Shown piece after piece: positions 21,955 to 31,011 of a stretch of 64,000 nucleotides of DNA (its first letter is position 1; each line of letters opens with the position of its first letter). Source of the stretch: Pseudomonadota bacterium. GTDB taxonomy: Bacteria; Pseudomonadota; Gammaproteobacteria; Pseudomonadales; Azotimanducaceae. The position numbers and the translations under genes were made by a program. The stretch is taken from positions 26,614 to 90,613 of the forward strand of contig JAQBUI010000009.1 of assembly GCA_027624035.1 (NCBI GenBank). The letters run 5' to 3'. The notes under the pieces are model-generated. The model ran no database searches and had not been told where the DNA came from. It saw only the letters and a program-made list of their open reading frames with translations.

Positions 21955-24873
21955 ATGATTAGAAGTCGTGCGTGGTTATCGGCAACCGTCTTCAGTCTAT
22001 ATGGATTTCTATATGGCTTTGCAGCGTATGGCCTGGGCACTGGAAGTCTTAACCTCGACTCCGCATTAAATCAGAACTTCAAGGCAGAGATTGAACTGAT
22101 CAACAGTGAACGTCTTGCACCGGAAGAGATTCTTCCGAGCCTTGCCTCCCAGCAGGATTTCGATCGATTTGGTGTAGAACGCAGCTACATTCTGACGGAT
22201 CTGCGCTTTAAGGTCAGCGCACACCCAAATGGTGATCTGTACATTGCGGTCACCAGCACGCGACCCGTATACGAACCGTTCCTGAATTTCATCATGGAGT
22301 TGCGCTGGCCGAATGGTCGCATCGTCAAGGAGTTCACCGTACTACTTGACCCTCCCGTATTTGGGGAGCAGGGCGTCGCACCCATTACCCCGGTGGAAAC
22401 GACGCCGAGCCGGGTCAATACCGCAACACCACGTCAGTCTTCGCAGGGTCGGCCCACCCAGTCGGCCGGCAGGTCCTCTCCGATGTCCGAGGGTGAACGG
22501 GTCGAGGACGAGTATGGGGTCACCGGCCCGGGCGATACGCTATGGAACATTGCACTCAAGGTTCGCCCCAGCGATTCAGTATCGGTGCAGCAGACCATGT
22601 TGGCCTTGCAGCGGCTCAACCCTGAGGCGTTCATCAACAATAACATCAACCTGCTGAAGGCGGGTCATGTGCTTCGCGTGCCGAGCCGCGAACAGATCGA
22701 CGCTGAATCAGTCTCTTCAGCCGTCGATGAGGTCCGTACCCAGAACCGTGCGTTCGAAGACTACCGTTCTTCCGGTGTCGCCCAGATGGATGCAACCCGG
22801 CGGGAACGGCCTGGCCGTGGCCAGGACGCTGGCGACGATGGAGAACTCAAGCTGGTGGCGGCGAACAGTTCATCGGGCCAGCGGGCCGGTGACTCCGACG
22901 GTCGTGTCGCAGAACTCGAGAATACACTCTCGGTCGCCCGGGAGGACCTCGACCGGGCACGCCGCGCCAATACAGAATTGAACGTGCGGCTCGACGATCT
23001 GGAAGGTCAGATCGAGACGCTGAACGAAATCGTCAAGCTCAAGGACGATCAATTGGCAGCCTGGAAGGCTCAGTTGCAGAAGATGGAAGCAGGTGGCGCG
23101 TCAGCCCCGACCGAGGCCGCGCCGGCAGTTCCGGCAACCGATGGATCACTGCTGACCAATCCATTCGTTCTCGGAGCCCTGGCGCTGCTGCTGATTGCAG
23201 GGGCCGCGGCCGGCATGATTTTCATGCGCAAGCGAACCAGTTCCGAAGTCGCAGATGAGCCGTTCGAAGAACCGGCGCTGAATGACTCTCCTGAAGTGAT
23301 GCCTCTGGGCGAAGATGTCGAGGATGTGCTTGAAGACGAAATTGAAGTCGATGAGGACCTGACTGCCCAGACCAGCGACCCGGTCAGCGAGGCCGAAATC
23401 TACATTGCCTATGGCCGTTTCCCGCAGGCGATCGAATTCCTGCGGAACGCAATCAGATCGGAACCCGAGCGTGTGGATATTCAGCTCAAGCTGCTGGAGG
23501 TCTATGTCCAGACGGAAGACGCCGTTGCGTTCAATCTTCAGTTTGATGAACTGAAGAAACTGGGTGACTCTGATGCTAATGAGACGGCCACCGCACTTCA
23601 GGCGCAGATCCCCGGTGCAGCAGAAACGGCCGCTGCATCCATGGATGCAACCGTGGTGAGTGCGGCGCCCATCCAGGCCACCCCGGAGTCAGACGATCTT
23701 GACGACGATGACCTGAGCTTTGACCTGGACGACCTCGACGCTGAAGTAGACGACGATGACGAAATGGATCTTGGCGCAGATTCCGGAGATGACCTGGAGC
23801 TGAGCGTTTCCGACGACGAGGACCTCCCGCCGTTGTCCTCCGAGGGCGTTGACAATGAACTCTCATTGGATGATGACCAATTCCTGTTGGACGAAGATGA
23901 GTCCGGCCCTGATCTGGCCGCAGCGCCAACGGGCGAAGATGATCTTGATCTTGACGGCGACCTGGATCTGGACCTTGACCTCGGTGATGAAGACCTGGAC
24001 CTTGATCTGGATCTGGATCTGGACGAGGCCGACGACACCGGTTCCAACGAGTTAGCAGATACCCAGAACCTGGCCGATAGTGCGGTCGACGCTGATCTTG
24101 AGGATGATGCGTCGTCCCTGGACCTCAGCGATGACGATGATCTGGACTTCGATCTGGACGAAGTTACTGATGAGTCGGTACTGGGCTCCGAAGCCGGTGC
24201 GGATGATTCCGATGACGTGTCGCTCGATCTTGATGAAATGGATCGCGACGATTCCGGGCTGGATGAACCAGATGATGGTCCGGCCCTTTCTGACGTGGAA
24301 GAATCTTCACCAGATGACCTGGCGGAGAACGAATTCGACCTATCGGAGCTGGAACCCGATGAAGGCGATGATGAGTTTGATTTGTCTGAACTGGACGATG
24401 TGGCCCTGGATGACGGCGGTGATCTGGGTGTTGCGGATGATGATGCCATATCGCTGGATCTGGACACGGATGACGACTTTGATCTCGAAGCGGAACTGGG
24501 TCTGGACAGTGAGGATGAACTGTCCCTGGACAGCGACGATGAACTGTCACTTGACAGTGACGATGAGCTGTCACTTGACAGTGACGATGATGGCATCAGT
24601 CTTGATCTCGATGATGGGGATGATGACATCCTTGCCGACCTGGATGAGGCCAATGACCTGGGTCTGGATGACGATCTGGGCGAACTCGATCTTGACGAGG
24701 ACCTCGGAGAACTTGACCTCGATGAGGATGCGGGCAGCAAGCTCGACCTGGCCCGGGCCTACCTTGATATGGGGGACCCGGACGGCGCCCGCACTCTGTT
24801 GAATGAAGTAGTCTCGGAAGGGACTGAGGACGACGTCAAGGCAGCCAACGAGTTACTCGAAAAACTCGATTGA
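21955..24873 (+). CDS. fimV: FimV-like peptidoglycan-binding pilus/motility assembly protein
   Basis: It has a signal/TM N-terminus and a LysM domain (YGVTGPGDTLWNIALKV...LKAGHVLRVPS). It also has a coiled coil and a TM segment (PFVLGALALLLIAGAAAGMIFM). A huge Asp/Glu/Leu-rich region follows, and the protein ends in the FimV C-terminal motif LDLARAYLDMGDPDGARTLLNEV. It sits between asd and truA, as in Pseudomonas. Confidence 0.85.
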   Translation: MIRSRAWLSATVFSLYGFLYGFAAYGLGTGSLNLDSALNQNFKAEIELINSERLAPEEILPSLASQQDFDRFGVERSYILTDLRFKVSAHPNGDLYIAVTSTRPVYEPFLNFIMELRWPNGRIVKEFTVLLDPPVFGEQGVAPITPVETTPSRVNTATPRQSSQGRPTQSAGRSSPMSEGERVEDEYGVTGPGDTLWNIALKVRPSDSVSVQQTMLALQRLNPEAFINNNINLLKAGHVLRVPSREQIDAESVSSAVDEVRTQNRAFEDYRSSGVAQMDATRRERPGRGQDAGDDGELKLVAANSSSGQRAGDSDGRVAELENTLSVAREDLDRARRANTELNVRLDDLEGQIETLNEIVKLKDDQLAAWKAQLQKMEAGGASAPTEAAPAVPATDGSLLTNPFVLGALALLLIAGAAAGMIFMRKRTSSEVADEPFEEPALNDSPEVMPLGEDVEDVLEDEIEVDEDLTAQTSDPVSEAEIYIAYGRFPQAIEFLRNAIRSEPERVDIQLKLLEVYVQTEDAVAFNLQFDELKKLGDSDANETATALQAQIPGAAETAAASMDATVVSAAPIQATPESDDLDDDDLSFDLDDLDAEVDDDDEMDLGADSGDDLELSVSDDEDLPPLSSEGVDNELSLDDDQFLLDEDESGPDLAAAPTGEDDLDLDGDLDLDLDLGDEDLDLDLDLDLDEADDTGSNELADTQNLADSAVDADLEDDASSLDLSDDDDLDFDLDEVTDESVLGSEAGADDSDDVSLDLDEMDRDDSGLDEPDDGPALSDVEESSPDDLAENEFDLSELEPDEGDDEFDLSELDDVALDDGGDLGVADDDAISLDLDTDDDFDLEAELGLDSEDELSLDSDDELSLDSDDELSLDSDDDGISLDLDDGDDDILADLDEANDLGLDDDLGELDLDEDLGELDLDEDAGSKLDLARAYLDMGDPDGARTLLNEVVSEGTEDDVKAANELLEKLD
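24502..24590 (+). repeat. 24-bp in-frame tandem repeat (3.7 units) inside fimV, encoding LDS(E/D)DELS
   Basis: Units are CTGGACAGTGAGGATGAACTGTCC, CTGGACAGCGACGATGAACTGTCA, CTTGACAGTGACGATGAGCTGTCA and CTTGACAGTGACGATGA. A second 27-bp duplication (LGELDLDED x2) lies at 24673-24726. Confidence 0.85.
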
Positions 24874-24907
24874 GACCAGATTCACGGGTACATACCATGG
24901 TCAACCT

Positions 24908-25708
24908 GTGCATTCGATTGCGCTGACTGTCGCTTATAACGGCAGCTCCTACCACGGTTGGCAATATCAATCCCCAACCACAGCCACCATCCAGGGCGCG
25001 CTCGAGGCCGCGCTGTCCAGGATCGCGGCAGAACCACTGAGGATAAAGTGTGCCGGCAGGACGGACGCTGGAGTCCACGCGACTCATCAGGTGGTGTCCT
25101 TCCGAACCAGCGCGAAGCGTCCGGACAAGGCGTGGGTTCTGGGAACCAATGCGCTCCTCCCGGACGACATCGCGGTGGTGACAGCAACCCCGGTACCTTC
25201 AGACTTCGATGCACGATTCTCTGCGGTGTCCAGGCACTATCTTTACGTGATCTACAATGATCGGGTCCGTTCGCCGCTGTTGCCGTCCCTTTTGACCCGC
25301 GAACCCCGCATGATGGATTCAGATCGAATGCACCAGGCCGCGCAGGCACTGATCGGGGAGCATGACTTCTCCTCCTATCGTGCGGCCAACTGCCAGAGCC
25401 GAACCCCGATGCGCAACCTGCAATCGATTCGGGTGATCCGTCAGGACCGTCTGGTCATGATCGAAGTCTCCGCCAATGCGTTTCTTCATCACATGGTGCG
25501 CAATATTGCGGGTGTGCTGATGGATGTAGGTGCCGGCGAAAAAGACCTGTCCTGGCCTGCGCAATTGCTGGCACTTCGCGACCGTACAAAGGGTGGAAAG
25601 ACCGCTTCTCCATCAGGACTCTACCTGGTAGGTGTCAGCTATGGCGTTGATGTGCCGGTGTCGGCGGTGACGTGGCCGCACTTCCTGACACCCCCCGGTC
25701 AGCCCTGA
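24908..25708 (+). CDS. truA: tRNA pseudouridine(38-40) synthase
   Basis: IALTVAYNGSSYHGWQYQ and CAGRTDAGVHATHQVVSF (catalytic Asp) are present. The protein is 266 aa. Confidence 0.95.
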   Translation: MHSIALTVAYNGSSYHGWQYQSPTTATIQGALEAALSRIAAEPLRIKCAGRTDAGVHATHQVVSFRTSAKRPDKAWVLGTNALLPDDIAVVTATPVPSDFDARFSAVSRHYLYVIYNDRVRSPLLPSLLTREPRMMDSDRMHQAAQALIGEHDFSSYRAANCQSRTPMRNLQSIRVIRQDRLVMIEVSANAFLHHMVRNIAGVLMDVGAGEKDLSWPAQLLALRDRTKGGKTASPSGLYLVGVSYGVDVPVSAVTWPHFLTPPGQP

Positions 25709-25846
25709 ACGTGCCACGCTGTAGCCTTGTTCGCAAGTTTCCTGGACTGCACGCTATCGTAAGTACTATCATGACGGCGCTGAAGACTGACGAAGGCCCG
25801 CGATTGTTGCTAAACTCCGCGTCCCTTCAGGCAGCAGATTCAGTCG

Positions 25847-26479
25847 ATGCGTACCCGGGTTAAAATATGCGGCATCACATCCCATGATGCCCTTTGTGCC
25901 GCTGTGCTGGCCGGAGCCGATGCAGTGGGGTTCGTGATGTATCCGGCCTCGTCACGATATGTGACGGCCGAACTCGCTGCGCGCCTGGTGGCTGCGACGC
26001 CAGCCTGGGTGACGACGGTAGGATTGTTCGTCAATCACAAGGGCGATGAGGTCAACACCCTGGCCCGGTTCTGCAGATTCGACCTGCTGCAATTTAACGG
26101 CGATGAGGACAACGGCTTCTGCGAGTCTTTCGACCGGCCGTTTATCAAGGCTGTCAGAGTCGGCGATAATACAGATGTGCCGGGCACAATTTCGATGTTT
26201 CCGGGCAGCCGGGGCATCCTGTTGGACGCCCAGGTATCGGGTCAGTTTGGTGGTACGGGCAGGACCTTTGACTGGGCAAAGATTCCGCGAGAGGTGAGCG
26301 GCCTGATGCTGGCTGGTGGCCTGACCCCAGACAATGTTGAATCGGCCATTGCCGTGGCCGCGCCATTCGGCGTTGATGTGAGTGGCGGTGTAGAATCGGC
26401 GCCCGGTACGAAGGACCCGGCGCTGATTGAAGCATTCGTTCGTGCGGTTCATCGGGCGGACGGTGGAGATCAGAAGTGA
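25847..26479 (+). CDS. trpF: Phosphoribosylanthranilate isomerase
   Basis: MRTRVKICGITSHDALCAAVLAGADAVGFV. The protein is 210 aa and lies upstream of trpB. Confidence 0.92.
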   Translation: MRTRVKICGITSHDALCAAVLAGADAVGFVMYPASSRYVTAELAARLVAATPAWVTTVGLFVNHKGDEVNTLARFCRFDLLQFNGDEDNGFCESFDRPFIKAVRVGDNTDVPGTISMFPGSRGILLDAQVSGQFGGTGRTFDWAKIPREVSGLMLAGGLTPDNVESAIAVAAPFGVDVSGGVESAPGTKDPALIEAFVRAVHRADGGDQK

Positions 26480-26482
26480 GGA

Positions 26483-27721
26483 GTGGCTCAGGTGACTGAC
26501 AAACAGGCAGGCAAGAACGAGAACCTTCACGCGTTTCCGGACGCGTCCGGGCATTTTGGTATCTACGGCGGCAAGTTCGTTTCTGAAACGCTGATGACAG
26601 CCCTGACGGAGCTGGAGCAGGAGTATCGGTCACTCAAGGACGACCCGGCGTTCCTGTCGGAACTGGAGAGCGACCTTCGCCATTATGTCGGTCGGGAGTC
26701 ACCCTTGTATCTGGCAGAGCGGCTGACTGCCGAGATGGGGGGTGCGACCATCTATCTTAAGCGTGAGGACCTGAACCATACGGGTGCTCACAAGATCAAC
26801 AATTGCATCGGTCAGGCACTTCTGGCCAAGCACATGGGCAAACCGAGGATCATCGCGGAGACCGGTGCGGGCCAGCATGGGGTGGCTTCAGCCACTGTGG
26901 CCGCCAGGTTTGGCCTTGCCTGTCAGGTCTACATGGGCAGTGAGGACATTGCCCGTCAAAGCCTGAATGTCTATCGGATGAAACTGCTGGGTGCTGAGGT
27001 GGTGCCGGTGACGTCCGGCTCGAAGACGCTCAAGGATGCGCTCAATGAAGCCATGCGGGACTGGGTCACCAATGTAGATAATACTCACTACATCATTGGT
27101 ACGGTAGCGGGGCCACATCCCTATCCAATGCTGGTGCGGGATTTTCAGTCGGTGATCGGACGGGAGACCAGGGCCCAGTTCTCCAGCCGCCACGGCGGTT
27201 TACCCGATGCGATCGTCGCCTGTGTCGGTGGCGGTTCGAATGCCATGGGGATCTTTTACCCGTTTCTGGAGGACCACTCGGTCCGTCTGGTCGGCGTCGA
27301 GGCCGCCGGGCTTGGGTTGGACAGTGGCCAGCATGCCGCGCCGCTCAACGCCGGCAGCGTCGGCGTTCTGCATGGAAACCGCACATACCTGATGGACGAT
27401 GAGGACGGTCAGATTATCGAGACCCATTCGATTTCTGCCGGGTTGGATTATCCGGGCGTCGGGCCAGAGCATGCCTGGCTGAAGGATTCGGGTCGGGCAG
27501 AGTACGTCGCCGTCGACGATGAGCAGGCCCTTGACGCATTCCGTCGACTGAACCGGCTGGAAGGTATTGTTCCGGCGCTGGAGTAGTCCCAGGCCGTTGC
27601 CTATGGCATGGCGCTCGCCGCCACCATGGACCGGGAGCAGGCCATCGTGATCAATCTTTCCGGTAGGGGAGACAAAGACATCCCCACTGTCGCCAGGATC
27701 GATGGCATCTCCATTGAGTAA
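26483..27721 (+). pseudogene. trpB: Tryptophan synthase beta chain interrupted by an in-frame TAG at 27584-27586 (as sequenced)
   Basis: ORF 26483..27586 ends ...[10 protein letters not shown]. The same frame continues for 44 sense codons, [44 protein letters not shown], to TAA at 27719-27721. E. coli TrpB reads GIIPALESSHALA...[17 protein letters not shown] at this point. The TAG therefore replaces the first Ser of ALESSHA, and the conserved C-terminus is still intact downstream. Confidence 0.85.
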
Positions 27722-27748
27722 GAATACGGACAATACTGAAAGGATGAT

Positions 27749-28561
27749 GTGATGGGCAGACTGGGGAGCACTTTCGGGGCGCTGGCGACAGATGGGCGCA
27801 AGGCGTTGCTCGCCTATGTGGTGGCGGGGGATCCGGAGCCGGAGACGACCGTCAACCTGATGCATGAGATGGTGTCTGCGGGTGTTGATGCGATTGAACT
27901 GGGTGTCCCGTTCTCGGACCCGGAGGCGGAGGGCCCGGTGATTCAAGCGGCCCACGAACGGGCGCTGGCCCATCACATCAGGCTGCGGGATTGCCTCGAC
28001 ATGGTGAGCCGCTTTCGTGAGACGGACAACGAAACGCCTGTCATCCTCATGGGATACCTGAACCCCATCGAATCAATGGGGTATGAGGCATTTGCTGCCA
28101 GGTCAGCCCAGGCTGGTGTCGATGGCATGATCATCGTAAACCTGCCACCTGAAGAGGCCGGCGTTCTGATGAAGTCTGTCCATGCCCACGATCTTGATCT
28201 GGTATATCTGCTGGCGCCGACCACCACCGACGAACGGGCTGCGATGATCTGCAAGGCCAGTCGCGGGTTTGTTTACTATGTCTCTCTGAAGGGGACCACC
28301 GGGGCGGCGACCATTGATGTGAACGACGTGGCCAGCAAGCTTGATCGTTTTCGCCGGTTCTCCTCGCTGCCATTGCTGGTGGGTTTCGGGATCAAAAATG
28401 GCGAGACGGCTGCGCGGGTCGCGGGGGTTTCAGATGGCGTCGTGGTCGGTTCAGCGATTGTCGATTTGATGGCCCGAAACCGGGATGACCCCGTGGGTCT
28501 CAACCGTTCCGTGGTGGGTCTCGTGACAGAAATCCGACAGGCAATGGATGCGGGGCGCTAG
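27749..28561 (+). CDS. trpA: Tryptophan synthase alpha chain
   Basis: GRKALLAYVVAGDPEPETTVNLMHEMVSAGVDAIELGVPFSDPEAEGPVIQ is present. The start is either GTG 27749 or ATG 27752, with AAAGGA upstream. Confidence 0.95.
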   Translation: MMGRLGSTFGALATDGRKALLAYVVAGDPEPETTVNLMHEMVSAGVDAIELGVPFSDPEAEGPVIQAAHERALAHHIRLRDCLDMVSRFRETDNETPVILMGYLNPIESMGYEAFAARSAQAGVDGMIIVNLPPEEAGVLMKSVHAHDLDLVYLLAPTTTDERAAMICKASRGFVYYVSLKGTTGAATIDVNDVASKLDRFRRFSSLPLLVGFGIKNGETAARVAGVSDGVVVGSAIVDLMARNRDDPVGLNRSVVGLVTEIRQAMDAGR

Positions 28562-29783
28562 ACTCCTCCCTGACTGGCTGAAGCAGTTCACGGGGCTGCA
28601 GTCTGGTTCCGTCGATTTCGACGGACTTTGTCAGGTGGCACAGCGGCTGGGGGTACTGGAGCCCGCCCCGATCAGCTTTGTCGTCGCCGGGACCAATGGC
28701 AAAGGATCCACCTGTGAATTCATCGAAGGTCTCTGCCGCGCCGCTGGCATGCGGGTTGGAAAGGCGACTTCCCCCCATGTGCTGGCCTTCAACGAACGAA
28801 TCCAGATAGATGGCGAACCCGTCAGCGATGACGTCATCTGCCGCGCCTTTGAGGTGATCGACGCTGCCTGTCGGGGCATCCTGCTCAACTACTTTCAGGC
28901 CAGCGCGCTGGCATCACTACTCATCTTCAGACAGCAGTGTGTTGATGTTGCGGTGCTTGAAGTCGGTCTGGGCGGCCGGCTTGACCCCATGAACGTCGTG
29001 GATGCGACTGTTTCTGTGATTACCCGAATCGATCTTGATCATCAGGCGACGCTTGGTGACACGCGAGAGGCGATCGCAGCAGAGAAGGCGGGCATCATGC
29101 GTCGGGGACGAGTCTGTATCGTCGCAGACCCTGACCCTCCTGCTTCGCTGTTGCGCTGCGGGCGACAGGTCGGGTCACGCGTTCAATGGCTGGGCAGGGA
29201 TTTTGACCTGGACGGCCGAAGCCTGAAGCTGGGTGAGCGCGTCATTGAATGTCCGGATGTGCCGCAGTTACCCCCTGCCAGTGCTGCAGCCGCGGCGGCG
29301 GCGGTCGCAGCGGCAGGCATCAGGCTGTCCGATGACGACCTGGGCAATGTCATCGTCAGAACCAGGCTGGTGGGCCGCCGACAGTATCTGCAGCGGACAC
29401 CGGATGTCCTTTTGGATGTGGCGCACAATGCCGGGGCCATCAGCAGCCTTGCAGAGGTCCTGCGGGCCAGGCCAGAAGGTACACGGACCCGCGCCGTGGT
29501 GGGGATGTATCGCGACAAGCTTGGGCCTGACATCTTCGATGGACTACCTGACCTGATCGATCAATGGTATGTCACCGATATGCCCGAACAGCGTGCTGCA
29601 GGTGCCAGCGAAATCGCCGCAATATTGCACGAGCATGGCTGCAGCGTGCGCCCGTATGCTAAGATTTCCGACGCATACAGTAGCGCATTGGCGAACTCGG
29701 CCAGCGACGATATGATTGTGGCTTTTGGCTCATTTTTATTGGTCGCTGGTGTCCTCCGGGCAACGGTGCGCCAGCAGCCTTGA
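28548..29783 (+). CDS. folC: Bifunctional folylpolyglutamate synthase / dihydrofolate synthase
   Basis: It has the P-loop VVAGTNGKGST and is a 411-aa Mur-ligase-type protein. It overlaps the trpA 3' end by 14 nt. Confidence 0.9.
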   Translation: MRGARLLPDWLKQFTGLQSGSVDFDGLCQVAQRLGVLEPAPISFVVAGTNGKGSTCEFIEGLCRAAGMRVGKATSPHVLAFNERIQIDGEPVSDDVICRAFEVIDAACRGILLNYFQASALASLLIFRQQCVDVAVLEVGLGGRLDPMNVVDATVSVITRIDLDHQATLGDTREAIAAEKAGIMRRGRVCIVADPDPPASLLRCGRQVGSRVQWLGRDFDLDGRSLKLGERVIECPDVPQLPPASAAAAAAAVAAAGIRLSDDDLGNVIVRTRLVGRRQYLQRTPDVLLDVAHNAGAISSLAEVLRARPEGTRTRAVVGMYRDKLGPDIFDGLPDLIDQWYVTDMPEQRAAGASEIAAILHEHGCSVRPYAKISDAYSSALANSASDDMIVAFGSFLLVAGVLRATVRQQP

Positions 29784-29804
29784 GCGTGCCGGTTTTCGGC
29801 ACGC
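29784..29804 (+). terminator. Stem-loop immediately after folC (8-bp GC stem, no U-tract)
   Basis: GCGTGCCG-GTTTT-CGGCACGC starts 1 nt after the folC stop. Confidence 0.35.
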
Positions 29805-29869
29805 CCCGCAGTCGTGCTGGGAAGTTACGACCTGAAGTAGAGTGTGAGAACAGCATCATTGCCTGAAAC

Positions 29870-30421
29870 GTGGAGTCCAAACTGAGAGAACGGGTAGTCG
29901 GGGCCATCGTCCTCACCAGTCTTGCGATCATCATTCTGCCGTTGTTGCTGGACGGCTCTGCCGAGGACCGCGAGCGAGTCGTGTCCAGCATTCCCGACCC
30001 CCCGAAGATTGACCTCAATGAAGTGACGGTAGAAGACCTGACTCGAAAGATGCAGCAACTGGAACGAGCCAGCGCCGCCCGATTGCCGACTGAAGTGGTA
30101 GACGAAACTGACTACTCGGAGATCGAGGGCGTCGGTCTAGATCAGAACAATATCCCGATCGGCTGGAGCCTGCAGCTTGGCAGCTTCAAGAGTGAGGACA
30201 ACGCCGTCGGTCGTCGAGCCAGTCTCCGGGAAGCCGGCTATCGCAGCTACATACTCCACAACAAGACCAGCGAGGGCGAAATGTACAAGGTATTCGTGGG
30301 GCCTATGCTGGAGCGTACCGATGTTCAGAAGCTGGGAGAGGAAATCTCGGATCGAATGAAGATCAATGGGGTGGTCGTTCGCTATCGAGTTGAGGATGAC
30401 ATGGCGCAACTCGGTGGATAG
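29870..30421 (+). CDS. SPOR-domain cell-division protein (DedD-like)
   Basis: It has an N-terminal TM segment (VVGAIVLTSLAIIILPLLL) and a C-terminal SPOR domain (GWSLQLGSFKSEDNAVGRRASLREAGYRSY...YKVFVGP). It occupies the position between folC and cvpA. Confidence 0.8.
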   Translation: MESKLRERVVGAIVLTSLAIIILPLLLDGSAEDRERVVSSIPDPPKIDLNEVTVEDLTRKMQQLERASAARLPTEVVDETDYSEIEGVGLDQNNIPIGWSLQLGSFKSEDNAVGRRASLREAGYRSYILHNKTSEGEMYKVFVGPMLERTDVQKLGEEISDRMKINGVVVRYRVEDDMAQLGG

Positions 30422-30495
30422 CTCGGCAGACAAGGGGCAGTGGCGAGCCTACGACCCTGACCCGGTAGTGCTCGGCTGTCCGGTGGGGGCCTGAC

Positions 30496-31011
30496 GTGGC
30501 AGTTGCCACGGTAGACTGGCTGATTATGGGCGTCCTGCTGGTCTCAACGCTGATCAGTATCAAGCGTGGCTTCGTCAATGAGGCATTGTCGTTGCTCAAT
30601 TGGATGGCGGCGGTGGTGATCTCGCGGATGTTTGCTGCACAGGTATCGAACCTGCTGGCAGAGTCTATCGAGGTGGCCAGCATCCGTATGGGTGTGTCGC
30701 TTGCGATTTTGTTTATTGGGTCATTGATCGTGGGTGGTCTGGTGATCAGACTGGTGGCAGAAGTCGTCCGGATGTCCGGGCTGGGTGGTACCGACAGTTT
30801 CCTCGGGATGTTCTTTGGGCTTGCCCGGGGGGCTCTGGTGGTACTGATCGTGGTCGCCGTGCTGCACTACCTGGTGCCGGTGGAAGACGACGCCTGGTGG
30901 CAGGAGTCCGTTCTGATCCCACATTTCGTGACGACGGTGCAATGGCTTGGGCCGATCCTGTGGGAGCAGGGCGGACAATTGATTGATGGAACACAAAAAA
31001 GGGTGACCTGA
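30496..31011 (+). CDS. cvpA: Colicin V production protein CvpA
   Basis: This is a 171-aa multi-TM protein starting VDWLIMGVLLVSTLISIKRGFVNEALSLLNW. It lies immediately upstream of purF. Confidence 0.9.
   Translation: MAVATVDWLIMGVLLVSTLISIKRGFVNEALSLLNWMAAVVISRMFAAQVSNLLAESIEVASIRMGVSLAILFIGSLIVGGLVIRLVAEVVRMSGLGGTDSFLGMFFGLARGALVVLIVVAVLHYLVPVEDDAWWQESVLIPHFVTTVQWLGPILWEQGGQLIDGTQKRVT

Noticed and set aside
27584-27586. Genome-wide reassignment of TAG, for example to an amino acid, as an explanation for the trpB in-frame TAG.
   Set aside because: TAG is the terminal codon of many full-length, well-conserved genes in this window (sdhD, sucA, sucB, htpG, trpA, lon, ppiD, dnaQ and one SDR). 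No tRNA with a CUA anticodon is present here.
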